DNA of 63,916 nt, filler included, from Dicyema japonicum (taxonomy: Eukaryota; Animalia; Dicyemida), in NCBI GenBank assembly GCA_011109175.1. It is 10 parts of 10 records of this genome, joined end to end, with 100 filler letters (N's around TTAATTAATTAA, not from the genome) between each part and the next. Parts side by side here need not be neighbours in the genome. Positions count along the whole stretch, not along the records: positions 20,013 to 28,058 come from RDEW01000126.1; positions 28,159 to 39,217 come from RDEW01000025.1; 8 more parts are not named here. One strand, given 5' to 3'. The notes under the pieces are model-generated. The model was not told the DNA's origin. It saw only the letters and a program-made list of their open reading frames with translations, and ran no database searches. Made by a program: the position numbers and the translations under genes. Shown piece after piece: positions 23,781-36,245 of this stretch. Within the stretch, counting starts at the first letter, position 1. The number at the start of each line of letters is the position of its first letter.

Positions 23781-26236
23781 CTTGAAAGATTTGTGATATN
23801 CGCGTTGCTTCTATTATGCTCACATCCCTTGATGCGACGATAATATCGTCTGCATATAGTAATAACAGATCATTGTCCTCTTCTGGCTGTGGAAGGTCGT
23901 TCATCATGAGATTGAATAGGAGTGGAGATAAAGGAGAACCCTGAGGGACCCCATTTGGTAATAGTCTCGATATGGAAGATCTGTTTCCACAACAAGCCCT
24001 TTTCCGACGACCGCTCAGGAAATTTCCAAGCCATAGTTTTAGATTTGTATCAATATTTGAGGAATAGATCTTTTGTGTGAGTATTTTCCTTGGCACTGAA
24101 TCGAAAGCCTTCTTTATGTCGATCGAGCAGACAATGGATTTTTCCTGTTTAGGTTTTTTGTTTAGACCATCTGATATAAATTTCATTAAAGCATTTAGGT
24201 GTGTGACAGTTGATCGCCCCTCTTTGAATCCATGTTGAAAACTGACTTCTGGGAGGAGGGGACGAATCAATGTCATCACCATTCTCTCTAGAATTCGTGT
24301 CTGGACACATAAAAGGGACACTGGCCTGTATGATCCAGGATCCTCCTTCGGTTTTCCAGGCTTCAGGATTGGGTGAATAGTCGACAGTTTCCATAATGTT
24401 GGAATGGTATTAAAGTTGCACGAGTAGTTGTAAATACTCGTAAGTGCAGAGACAGCTGCATCGCCCAATTTTTTGAGCATGATCACTGGGATTCCGTCTG
24501 GTCCGCAGGAGCGTGTATTCTTTAGTCGGGAAATTTCTACAGCGACATCTCGAGGTAGGAAGTACGATAATGGAGGCTCCCTTTTCGGTTTCCCTCTAAT
24601 AATTGAGGGGGGTTCCGATTTTTTATAAGACTTGTGACTTATCTTCACGCAATGTTTTATAAAAGTGTTTAGATCTAGTTGGAGATTATGGTCATCCTCG
24701 TTTGTACTGTCGGCGTTTTTAATGTTACGCAACATCTTCCACATTTTCGAAAGTGAGCCCTTTTTGTTCATCCCTCGGGAAATCGTGTCCAATTTTCTTT
24801 TTTGTAAACGTCTCGCACTTTCTGCGATCTCCACGTTCAGTGCCCGAATCCTTTTCGTTGTAACTTTTGTCAAATGTGTACTGCGTTTGAGGCAATTCCT
24901 TTCTTTTATTAGTTTAACTGTTTTAGCGTCGTATTTCTTTTTCGTAAGTTTTAGGACTCCTTTCCTGACAAATAGATCTCTCCCCTTGAGGATAGCTTTG
25001 TTAAAGTAATTGACTGCCGTATCGAGGGAGTTGAAATTCTGAGGATGAAAACTCCATAGGGATGAATCAACATATTTTTTATATCCTGTCCAGTCGGCAT
25101 TAGCGTAATCGTGAAATACCGCATGTTTTGAACGGGTTGACGGGGAGCAGTTGATTTTGATAAGAATAGGATTGTGATCGCTCCCCATGTCCAAATTAAC
25201 AGACCAATGGACAAGAGGTGCCAGTCATGACGAACAAATAGTAATATCGGGTGAAGTGATTGAATTTTTCTCATTGTACGGGGTTAAAGTATTCTTCCTT
25301 CGGTCGTTTGCAGCACACAGATTTTCCAAATGAGAGTTTATTAGGTTCCCCCTCTTATCTGGAGGTTGTTTCCAATGCCATGAGGGGTGTTTGGCATTAA
25401 AATCCCCAGAAACCAGCAAGTTTTCCACCTTGTCAAGTTCAGACAAATCCACTGTAAATTCTTTGGCACAGGAGCCGGGAGGCGGAATATAGATGTTTCC
25501 AATAATAATAGGTTCAAGAGAGGTTTGAATGGAGATTGCGAGAAATTCTGTTTTAGAGTCTTCATCCAGTTTCCTGAATGTGGAGGGATTTTTGTAGAAC
25601 GTGATTCCTTTTCTGACAAGGGTCAATAAGCCTNAGATTTTCCAAATGAGAATTTATTAGGTTCCCCCTCTTATCTGGAGGTTGTTTCCAATACCATGAG
25701 GGGTGTTTGGCATTAAAATCTCCAGAAACCAGTAAGTTTTCCACCTTGTCAAGTCCAGACAAATCCACTGTAAATTCTTTGGCACAGGAGCCGGGAGGCG
25801 GAATATAGATGTTTCCAATAATAATAGGTCCAAGAGAGGTTTGAATGGAGATTGCGAGAAATACTGTATTAGAGTCTTCATGCAGTTTTCTGAATGTGGA
25901 GGGATTTTTGTAGAACCTAATTCCTTTCCTGACGAGGGTCAATAAGCCTCCGCTATGCCACGATGAGCGATCCGCTCCTAGCACGTTGAAGCCAGAGAAA
26001 TTGGAAGTTTTGCCAGTTTTTGAAACCCTCGTTTCTTGTAGGAGGCAAATGTCAATATCTTTCCTCTCCAGGCAAAGTTTCAGTTGTTTGGCCTTGCCTC
26101 TAACTCCGTTGATATTCAGGCTCAAAATATTGAGCTTCTTTCTAGGTCCAGGATTTTCCTCGACATCTCCGGAGATGATGAGCCGCCACCGGGAAAGTGC
26201 ACGAACTTGGAGAAAGTGCACGAATAATTTAAACAT
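23781..26236 (-). mobile_element. APE-RT LINE with N-terminal 2A peptide; largely open; APE part duplicated at n25634
   Basis: GDVEENPGP, then LNINGVRGK, LQET, GDFNAKH, SDHNP (APE) and YRPVSLL, QHGF, KAFDSV, GVPQGSPLSPLLF, YADD (RT). Confidence 0.92.
26144..26170 (-). other. 2A/StopGo ribosomal-skipping motif GDVEENPG|P
   Basis: Exact match to D(V/I)ExNPGP, in frame and immediately upstream of the APE domain. Confidence 0.9.
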
Positions 26237-26499
26237 ATTTATTCAGTTTTGGAGGCTGACCACCATTATTATTTCAAAATTTAAACTCATAAATAATNAT
26301 GCCCCTATGCTGGTTTCGCCCGTGGACTAACCAAAAAATTCTTAGTTTTATTTTGTTTATAATCAGAAAATCAGTATTTTTTTAATTTAGATAATCTTGA
26401 TATGTGTATATTTGTGAGTTCTTCCTGAGTTCCCACATCTTTGACAGAATAGAAATGACCATTTTTTTCCGTGACGGTTTATGTTTTTGCAGATATNTC

Positions 26500-26733
26500 G
26501 TAGGTAGAGCCGAGGAAATGAAATTATCTTTACTTGTTTTTTCTTTTTTTCTCGTGTGCTCGGTCCAAGATAGACGCTCCAGTTCCGCAGTGAGTCCTCA
26601 CTGATGACGGCGTCACTCGTCAAGCCTTTTGGCATTGTAGATGCGTGGAACCTTCCGCCAGAATGAACAGGGCCAGGCTCGAACCCGCGACCTTAGTCAC
26701 TATGGCCCAAGCCCTAACCACTGTGCCACCCCT
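26500..26733 (-). mobile_element. tRNA-derived SINE, best-preserved head
   Basis: GGGGTGGCACAGTGGTTAGGG (A box) ... GGGTTCGAGCC (B box), followed by the family core. Confidence 0.85.
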
Positions 26734-27392
26734 CAATAATAACTAGAAACTATTTTTCTTTAATTTTCTAATTATCTTAATTTGTAACAAAAAACCAAAT
26801 AAATTATGCACGTGAGGTTGATTTACTTTGTTGTACTGTTTTAGTATTTATATTTTCTTTATTTTTTATGTAATTGGATTCAGAAGGAATATTTCGAGAT
26901 GTAGTTTCTTTTAATGATTAAGTTATCTGAAATTTCGTCATTTTTGTTATATTTTTCGAGTTTATTCCTTTAATCTGTTTCTTTTACATATTTTGAAATT
27001 TCTGAAACACTATTATTTTCTCTGTCATCTTTATGTACTTATTTTGAAATTTCTGAAAAACTATTATTTTCTTTTTCATCTTTATCTATAGAATTTTTTT
27101 AAATTGCCATTTTTAATGATTTTCAATGGTAATTCAAATTATACCATTTATTACATCTAGCATAGTGGATGTACAGTCAAACCTCTAAATCTCGCCATTT
27201 ATTGGGACCGACCAAATCGTTGCAAGATTTAGAATTCGGAGAGCAATAGGGGTTTTGCACTTCCGGTTGTTTATTTATTTATTGTTACCCCAGGATCACC
27301 GNCATTTTCTATTGTAATTCTTAACTATTTTAAATTATTTTTTAGACTAAGAAAACGTTAAAAATAATATTTTTTTTTGAAAATTATATATA

Positions 27393-28058
27393 CAGTGCCC
27401 GACAGAAAAAATTAGATTTGCTATAAATCTACTTTTTTCTTTAAAAAATTATAAATTAATATTTTAAAACAATTCTTGGTGAGATTCGAATTATTTGTTT
27501 AATATTAAAAATTATTTTTTCCTTTTAAAATTGAATTTTAACGCAAAATTTAAATTTTGCCGGACATAATTAATTGGATTTTTTTTATTTTAATAAAAAG
27601 AATTAAAATTTAATAAGTTGATATCCCCCCACGTGCCTCATAAACCTCCAAACTTCTTTTTTTCATGGACATAACTAGATTTTCTAGGTATTTTTTTGGT
27701 AGTGACTCCCATGTTGCAAATAATTTTGTTTCCAAATCTTTCAAATTTTTTGGTGGATTTTGCAATAATTTACTCTTCATCGTCGCCCAAACATGCTCTA
27801 TTGGATTCAGGTCAGGTGATTGAGAGGGCCAATCAAGAATTGTATATTCTTTATCTTTTATATATTCAGTTACTAGCCGCGAAGTATGGCAAGGGGCATT
27901 ATCTTGCTGAAAAATGAACGAGTTTAGCCCCATTTTCAGCACTGATTGTTCAAGATTATTTGTCAAAATGTTTATATATTTTGCACTGTTCATTTTTCCA
28001 TTAATGATGACAAGATTGCCCACACCTTGATATGAGAAGCATCCCCAGAGCATTAATT
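27393..28058 (-). mobile_element. Tc1 transposon 3' half with TIR
   Basis: WGCFSY.GVG, FQQDNAPCH and WPSQSPDLNPIEHVW motifs; TA-CAGTGCCCGACAG terminus at ~27391. Confidence 0.9.
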
Positions 28059-28499
28059 NNNNNNNNNNNNNNNNNNNNNNNNNNNNNNNNNNNNNNNNNN
28101 NNTTAATTAATTAANNNNNNNNNNNNNNNNNNNNNNNNNNNNNNNNNNNNNNNNNNNNTCTCCTGAGTAAAATGGATCCGATGACAGCAATAAAAGGAAG
28201 GAAGAAAAATATTCAATCAATTAGCCATATGTCACCACATTGTATCACACGAACAAAATATTTATCAATATTCATTGAAATTGAACTATTGATACAAATA
28301 AGTTCGGTATAGTCGAGTAATGAATGAGCCTCAAAGCACTACAGAGCTTCTTTCAAATTTTACCCTAAGGTTAGTATTTTGGTGAAAATTTGTTTATCAC
28401 TAGGTTAACTGGGTCAGATATTCTTGGGAACATATTCATGACCGTTTTATTGCCAATTCGTTGCCCTAAAACAGTCAATTTATTAGGAAACATGAGTAG

Positions 28500-28976
28500 T
28501 TAATTACTGAGTCCAGCGGATATGATCGAGTGGCTGTTACCTCTGACTACTGCCAGGGATATCCATTGGAAAAGCCACTCGGTTTCCCGACGCTCCCTCG
28601 ATGCTTTGGTCAATAGACACCCAAGTGCTATAAGGAAAGAGACCGTCTTAAGGCCAAAGACTCCGCTCGTCTCGACGACCACTGGCTGTACATGGAAATG
28701 GTTTAGGAGGTTGCTGTATTTCTTTATTTTTGAGTTTTCATATAAGCGGTCGGCCTCTCCCGCTTTCATTGCCGACCTCAAAAGTTTCGACTGAGAAAAG
28801 CTGTCAGTACAGGCAGCATCCCAAATTAAGCATTTGCTCCGAGAGAAGGGGAAGACAGTACTAACCTTAGGATAAAATTTGAAAGAAGCTCTGTAGTGCT
28901 TTAAGACTCATTCATTACTCGACTATACCGAACTTATTTAATTCCATCGGGTCGCTTCCCATCATCTCTACTCAAC
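28500..28976 (-). mobile_element. CRE-like non-LTR REL endonuclease 3' fragment, split by an 80-bp insertion
   Basis: RDDGKRPDGI/TVFPFSRSKCLIWDA, KIKKY, PVVVETSGVFG, ISLAVVRGN. Confidence 0.85.
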
Positions 28977-29133
28977 AATTAAAGTTAATTCTGATTTTTA
29001 TTCATTTCGTACTGTCTGTGAGGAACTCTTTTCCTGTTTTTTTCCAACTCTCATCAAAATAAAACGAACTTAAATCTTAGGTTGTTAATTGCAAATCTTG
29101 TTAAGTTGTTTTGGATAATCAGACATTTTTTGG

Positions 29134-29345
29134 TTGAAGGTTCTACGTATCTACGATGCTTTGAGATTGACGATTGACGCCGTCATCACTGTCTTCAATA
29201 CCGCGGAACTGGATTGTCTTTTTGAACTTACACACAAACAATTAAAAGAACATGAAGTCAAGAACATTTTCACTTCTTGGATATGTCTTCATTAATTAAT
29301 TAACATTGCTGTTTTTACTTCTTAAAATAAAGCTTGAGTTCTGAC
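29134..29345 (+). mobile_element. SINE copy (core plus tail, head missing)
   Basis: GAAGGTTCTACGTATCTACGATGC...TTGACGATTGACGCCGTCATC...GCGGAACTGG matches the family core. Confidence 0.75.
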
Positions 29346-29533
29346 TAAAGTGAAGTTTAAGACGCCGACCACTAGAAATTTTTTAGTATTATCAGATGAA
29401 AATATTTTTTAAATGGTGGAAATTTTGTTCGATAAATTATTTAATTTAATTTTGATAATATTAAATATTAATGGAGATTTTTAAGTTTGAATATAATAAT
29501 TAAAAAACGTGATTATTTGTTGTGGTTCCTAAT

Positions 29534-30918
29534 ATGAAAGTCAAAAGTATTTTAAATATCATAATTCATAGAAGACAATGATAAATTGTTAAAAATATCA
29601 ATGAAAAAGATGGAAGACAAGGTAATGTAGTTACTTAAGCCACCAGAGATTAAATAAACTAAAACGCAGAGGAATTGACAAACTAGAGTCTGTCAAGCAT
29701 TTGAATCTACAAGATCTTGTCCAGGATGCTACAAATCGTGGATTAGTTCACGAAAAGTCATCGATTGTTCAAAAATCCATCCACGTGCTGTATGTACAGA
29801 AAATTCAGCCAAATTATTTGCCAGTGAAGTCCGCCAAGTACATTTTTTACTAAAACAGGTTATCGAGCAATCTGATATAATAATCGAAGTCATTGACGCA
29901 CGTGACCCGATTGGTTCCCGTTCCAAACAAATAGAAGCTCAGGTTTTGGCGCGTGGGTCTTCTAAAAGACTTGTAATCCTTATGAATAAAATCGGTGCAC
30001 TTTTCTGTGACTCTAGACCTTATCCCGCCGACGTGGCCATGGAATGGTTGAGAACTCTGCGTCGACAGCTTCCGACGATTCCTTTTAAAGCCTCTACGCA
30101 GGAGCAAACCAAGAGACTGGTATTTTGACTACTTATCTCTAGGGGAGGTTCAACGATTTTTACACATTGGGAGACTCAGAGTTTAGGAGTTCTAAGTGCA
30201 GTGGGGCTGACCTCCTACTTCGTCTACTGGGGAATTACTGTCGATGTAAGGACATTCGAACACGTATCACTGTGGGAGTGGTTGGTTTCCCTAACACTGG
30301 AAAGAGTTCGGTGATTAACAGTCTTAAAAGAAACGTGGTGTGTAATGTGGGGTTAGCTGCTGGAGTTACTAGGTATTTTTGATAGTTACAGGAAGATCTT
30401 TGCAAAAGGTTGAGCTGTCGAAGTATATACAACTGATTGACAGTCCTGGAGTTGTGTTGAAGTCAGAAAAGGACGATCCTTTGAAGTCCGTTTTGGCGAA
30501 TTGTGTCTGTCCCCAGCGTATTTTTGATCCTGAGGTTGTGGCAGAGGAAATTGTTCGGTTACTTCCTCCAGATGAGGTTTTTGTTGGTTTGATGATTTAG
30601 GCCTTTAGAGTTTATGGGATTGACAAAGTCGGCAGCGCGGATCGGTTTCTCCACGAACTTGCCATGAAGAAGGGATTTATAAGGCAGGGTGGACTACCTA
30701 ATTTGGAGGCAACTGCTCTTTCTCTTTTAAGGGATTGGAATGAGTTGATTTACTATTTATGTTTTAGAGGGAGAATTACTCATTATGTGCCGGTTCCTAG
30801 TGAAATAAGTGATGAGGATATGCGCCACGTAGATTCCAGGATTGTTTCTGAAATGAGCAAGGAGTTTGATATTGATGCTTTGTGTTCATTTGAAGATATG
30901 AGGTGGAGTTGTGATTGA
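29534..30918 (+). CDS. GNL3: GNL3/nucleostemin-family circularly permuted GTPase
   Basis: VIEQSDIIIEVIDARDPIG, LMNKI, PFKAST, VGVVGFPNTGKSSVINSLKR, GVTR, LIDSPG and RDWN; introns of 21-25 nt (e.g. 29838-29858, 30120-30142, 30373-30395, 30577-30600, 30744-30767). Confidence 0.92.
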
Positions 30919-31149
30919 TTTTATTATTTTTAATATAAATATTTCATCTTCAAATTTTTGAATCACTGTCTACTTTAACTTGTCCATCGGATACTTTCAT
31001 TGATGGTGAACCTGGTCGACCTATAGAAACGATTTCTGCACAACGACCTATTTGGTCGAGGGATTCAGATCTACTCTTTGGCCCTATTAATTCAAGTTGA
31101 TCCACTTGTCTCGGGAAACCCCTATTGCCTGGCCGGCACCCAAAAGGAT

Positions 31150-31548
31150 CTTTTCCTTCCCTACTCAACTGAATGGGTTCTCAAAATAGCGAATATTGAT
31201 GTCCTTGATGCTTGGAAATGACGACCATGAAAACTAGATATACCTAAATTAGATAAAAACGTGTTGAGTCAATGAACCGCTTTTAATCCCAGAATAAAAA
31301 TGCTGAATCTTAATGATAGAAGGAATGAAACATTTCACATAAAGTGGATAAAAGAGTTCACACTTCACGTACGTCTCTTCCATGTCTAATGTGTGCAAAA
31401 AACAAGAAGAAAGTGATATTTAATTCTCCCGTTGCCCAATTTTTGGATACCTTAGTTGCTACAAGGTAACGCGAAAGATTGTACAATCTTTGCCAAGTTA
31501 GTCTTGAGTATTACAACCAGCGGAAGAGTCCTCTTCAAGATCTGCCAT
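31150..31548 (-). CDS. Small unknown host gene with tiny introns
   Basis: MADLEEDSSA start, then short open segments (LYNLSRYLVATKVSKNW; VYLVSWSSFPSIKDINIRYFENPFS*) separated by GT-AG spacers. Confidence 0.3.
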
Positions 31549-31644
31549 TGACGTATCTAACACAGATGAATGTCTATACCGTTTAGGATCCCAAGATCGA
31601 AACGTCTAACAGCTGTCTCCTATTATTCAAAGTTAATCACTATG

Positions 31645-32800
31645 ACGATTTTTGTCAATAAAGTCAAAATTCATATGTTCTTTACAATTGCTTAAAACTT
31701 ATAAAAATTTGATTTTTAATGAAAATGTATTAATTATTAGAATTTTTGAATAAAATACTACGTGTCATCAACTGTTATGCCTCGTTCAATTATGAAGGTC
31801 ATTGAAAAGGTTAAGATTGTTATTAGCAAATATTCTGCTGAATTTTCTATCAACACCTTTGAATTGAATTTTTTGTCTAATAAACATTTTAAACTAACAT
31901 GTCATTTTATTACTATTTCACAGGTGGTACTGTAAAAATATCTGATTTTTCCTTTTTTTGGTTGGGGTGGTGAGTACGCCTCTATTGCAGTATGTCTTAT
32001 TCGTATTCCTTACCTACTTCTCTGTTCACTCTGGGATCTTTTAATACAGAGGACTTGAACAACTTACAAGAAACACCAACTAGTATGCGATCTAACAAAA
32101 ACGACCGTACAATGTACAGAACTGTCTGGCAAATTCCACCTTTTTACCCTCCCATCGGTCTGCCGACATTATGGTCTCGGATTTGCAGTCCACCAGGACC
32201 TGATTCACTGTGGTACAAGAGTGTGAGGAGTATCTGATACTATAATGGAAATGGCGGACGACCTGGACTACCTAAGAGAACTAGCGCGCAACAGAAGATC
32301 ATGATCGAAGCTGTCGGAGAGGACGATTCGGAATACCGCAAAAGAGAAACTTAACTAATTTTATGTTTTCTCGGGAGTGCTTTTTAATAATAATAATCTA
32401 CCGACTATGTGATCAATGAGGTCACTAATGCTTACTCAGATATGATTTTCTTCCATTAGCTGAACATTATGTTTACAAAACTTGTTTGAGGGTATTGGAC
32501 ATCGTTTTACTTCCTTCTGTGCAAAGGTGTAGAAAATTTATGCCAAGGGTAACTTGAACGAAGCTATTTTTAGTTTTTAAGCGCATTTATTTACGAAATC
32601 GATATATGTGAAAAACAAATAAATTTATTCCATAAAAAAGAAATTTTTATTGAAATTGGCTATCTACCCAAAATAATTCTGGTCAGTAGGAGGAAACTGC
32701 CTTGAAAGTGTTGAACATTATTGTAAAAAAATTATTGAAGTTAAAAATAACTATAATTTTAATAGAAAAATGCTTGGAAGTAATCTATTAAAATGAACTA
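31645..32800 (+). mobile_element. Decayed CGGBP1/hAT-like element, copy 1, with internal insertion ~31955-32390
   Basis: Aligns piecewise to 49300-49390 and 50730-51260; residual MPRSIMKVIEKVK and VTNAY..LFEGIG coding traces. Confidence 0.55.
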
Positions 32801-33063
32801 CTGAGCAATTTATCTATATTTTTAATATTCCGAGTGGAAATTCTGCCAAGAAATAGAAAATATGATAGAGGCGACTGGAACAGTGCCCTACGAAGGACTC
32901 AAGTATGCGGACCCGTCCTATCGGAAATGCGCAGGAACGCAGTCGGAACACCGAGAAAAGATGTTGAAGGAGGCTGGGATCAGCTGAATTATGTTTTTTG
33001 GATATGACGGTGATTTTTTTGGTTCAATAAAATAAATAAAATATTTGTTGTATTGTTGTCGAC

Positions 33064-36000
33064 GTGGTTGTTACGAAAAATACAGACACAACAATGAAGA
33101 CTAATGAAGAAAGGCAGGAAAACACTTATCCATGTGAAAAGTGCAACGTAACTAATATGAGAAAAAGGATGATCGCTTGTGCAGCCTGTTCAAGATGGTA
33201 TCACAGGTCTTGCGTAGGAGTGTCCAAGAAGGCTCTTATCATTATGACAAAATGGAACTGCCAACCATGCCTTTCATCTGGTTACTGCTTTTTCTTACTC
33301 CAATCAAACTGCTTGCATTGAACAGTTTGACCCTACTCTCGTAGCAGATCCTGATGAAGCTCTGAAACTGATCTCTCGAACGCGCTCGGACGTGACTATT
33401 CCTGTGAAGATTCCCAAAGGTGCGAGAACTGCTGTTACCGAGGCTTTGATCTCCACCATCAAGGATGTTTTGAAGCCTGACGCCGTTTCTTCAGAATGGG
33501 TCAAATTTTTCCTTTTCCCGTCACTCACTCTTGGGATCAGAAGACCAACGGAAGCACCCACTACTCTCGCAACGAATATCAAAAAGAGAGTTAGACTGTT
33601 TCTAAATGAACATAAAATGTCACTTACTGATTTAAAATCAACTCAAATTGCACCCCGGAGTTCAAAGCGTCTGAAAACGGAGGAACTTCGCTTAATAAAG
33701 AAACTAATCAGGATGAAACTTATGGAAGGCGATATTCGTGGTGCTGTACGGCTATTAGTTTGTGATCCTGGGACACTTAAAAACATCCCTGAAACGCTCC
33801 TGTCTTTACGAGAAAAACACCCCGGATCCCCCGAAGACTTGAGAACTATAAAACCTTTCCACGAGGAACAATTGCTCGCCTCTAACGAAGATATAATCAC
33901 CTCCCTGCGTTTATTTCGTCCTAGTAGTGGAGGTGGTATCGATGGCTTGAGACCCGGTCACCTACGTGATCTCACAGCTCCAATGATGGGATCTGTCGGG
34001 AAGGATCTTTCGAACGTTATTTGCGAACTGATCAACAAAATTCTTTCTGGATGTTTGTCTCCTTTCGGTCGAGATATGTTATTTTCTGCTAATCTTGTTC
34101 CTCTCCGAAAGCCTGACGGCGGTGTCAGACCGATTGCTATTGGAAACGTGTTTAGGAGACTTGCAGCAAAAGTCGCTTGCTTTTCTGGGGTTCAAAGATT
34201 ACTTCCTAGTTTCAGTCCCATACAGATGGACGTTGGAGATCGTGGCGGTGCAGAGGCTTCTGTCCACGCAGTGAGGAGTTTTTTCACGTCGTCGTCCCAA
34301 TGCAAAGAGGACGTTGTTGTCTGCAAAGTAGATCTTAAGAACGCATTTAATTCCATAAGGAGAGATCATTTATTGGAGTTATGCCAAAAAAATTTACCAC
34401 ATATTTGGGAGATTGTTCGCCTTTTATATTCTAAGCCATCATCATTGGTTTTCCACGATGCCATCATTAAATCACGAACTGGTGTTCAACAAGGCGACCC
34501 ACTTGGACCTCTTCTCTTTGCTTTGGGGATCCATGGAGTAGCCGCATGCTTAAAATCACCTTTAAATTTATGGTATTTGGATGACGGAATCATTGGTGGG
34601 ACATCCAGATAAGCTTTGAAAGAATTGAGTCCACTTGGTTTTTGCATGAAAGTTTTGAGTATTCCATTAAAAGGCAATCAGAGTATTCCATTAAAAGGGG
34701 AATCACACTTATAACATGGTGCAGTCCTTAGTAAATAGTTTAATCTTGGAATGGACAAGTAGTTTCTCAATAGGAAGAGGGCAATATGGTTGTCAACATG
34801 CCGCAAACGGGTCTCAAAAGTACCGAGCTCTATCGTCCTTTCTTTAAACACGTCCACAATTCGGTCTTCGAATATAGGAGAACCAAGGAACGAAGACTCC
34901 CCAACTGGAACCGATGCATAATTTTCGAGAGTGTATTTAAACTGGTCATTGTAGAANNNNNNNNNNNNNNNNNNNNNNNNNNNNNNNNNNNNNNNNNNNN
35001 NNNNNNNNNNNNNNNNNNNNNNNNNNNNNNNNNNNNNNNNNNNNNNNNNNNNNNNNNNNNNNNNNNNNNNNNNNNNNNNNNNNNNNNNNNNNNNNNNNNN
35101 NNNNNNNNNNNNNNNNNNNNNNNNNNNNNNNNNNNNNNNNNNNNNNNNNNNNNNNNNNNNNNNNNNNNNNNNNNNNNNNNNNNNNNNNNNNNNNNNNNNN
35201 NNNNNNNNNNNNNNNNNNNNNNNNNNNNNNNNNNNNNNNNNNNNNNNNNNNNNNNNNNNNNNNNNNNNNNNNNNNNNNNNNNNNNNNNNNNNNNNNNNNN
35301 NNNNNNNNNNNNNNNNNNNNNNNNNNNNNNNNNNNNNNNNNNNNNNNNNNNNNNNNNNNNNNNNNNNNNNNNNNNNNNNNNNNNNNNNNNNNNNNNNNNN
35401 NNNNNNNNNNNNNNNNNNNNNNNNNNNNNNNNNNNNNNNNNNNNNNNNNNNNNNNNNNNNNNNNNNNNNNNNNNNNNNNNNNNNNNNNNNNNNNNNNNNN
35501 NNNNNNNNNNNNNNNNNNNNNNNNNNNNNNNNNNNNNNNNNNNNNNNNNNNNNNNNNNNNNNNNNNNNNNNNNNNNNNNNNNNNNNNNNNNNNNNNNNNN
35601 NNNNNNNNNNNNNNNNNNNNNNNNNNNNNNNNNNNNNNNNNNNNNNNNNNNAACGGCATCATTAAGAGGGCATTAGAATCGGCTGGATTCCGTTGCCGGA
35701 TCGAACCGACTGGTCTATTTGACAACGGAAGACGCCCTGACGGCATGACCTCCTTTCCTTTTGAGCGAGGGCGAAACCTTGTATGGGATGTGACCTGTGT
35801 CTGCTCTTTCGCCCCAAGCAAAAAAAATTATTCACCGGGCAGACCTTCTTCTCAAGCAGAGGAAGTAAAAAATGCTAAATACTCGGATATCAGCGACAGG
35901 TACATTTTCGCACCTGTCGCGATTGAAACTTCGGGGAACTTTGGCCCTAAAACGCTGAAGTTCCTGAATCATCTTGGAAAACTACTATCCGACAAAACTG

Positions 36001-36095
36001 GTGATCTTCGTGAGACGAGATGGCTCAAGGAGAGGCTCTCGTTGGCTGTTGTCCGTGGGAATAGCTTATGCATCTCCCAACAGCTTAATAATTAA
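33064..36095 (+). mobile_element. CRE-like non-LTR retrotransposon: PHD finger, RT and REL endonuclease
   Basis: C..C...MIACAACSRWYHRSCVG...WNCQPC (PHD); GGIDGLRPGHL, RPIAIGNVFRRL, DLKNAFN, QQGDPLGP, YLDDG (RT); RPDG, WDVTC, KNAKY, ETSG, LAVVRGN (REL, after the gap). Confidence 0.88.
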
Positions 36096-36245
36096 AATTA
36101 AAATTAACTATTCTTTTTCCTTATAATAAAATTTTAAGTAAAAAAAATAAATAAAATAAATTTTGACCTAATAAATTTGAGATTACATGAACAAAACTAT
36201 TCATTTTATCATATTTATTCTGTTAAGCAAAATCGTCAAAATAAA

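Noticed and set aside
25225-25940. Tandem double APE domain in the 2A LINE
   Set aside because: Near-identical copies joined by a single n; probably an allelic contig overlap.
26598-26640. CTGATGA hammerhead-like core antisense to the SINE
   Set aside because: No GAAA after the putative stem II, and CUGA is not conserved in the other copies.
26670-26733. tRNA gene
   Set aside because: Has A/B boxes but an imperfect cloverleaf and continues into a repeated core; it is a SINE head.
29995-30030. Frameshift or recoding site in GNL3 after a 22-nt intron
   Set aside because: One missing C in a C-run would restore NKIDLIPADV; a sequencing error is more likely than recoding.
34786-35821. Long ORFs spanning N runs (also 21838-22351 and 42539-43153)
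   Set aside because: Composed mostly of X residues from gaps.
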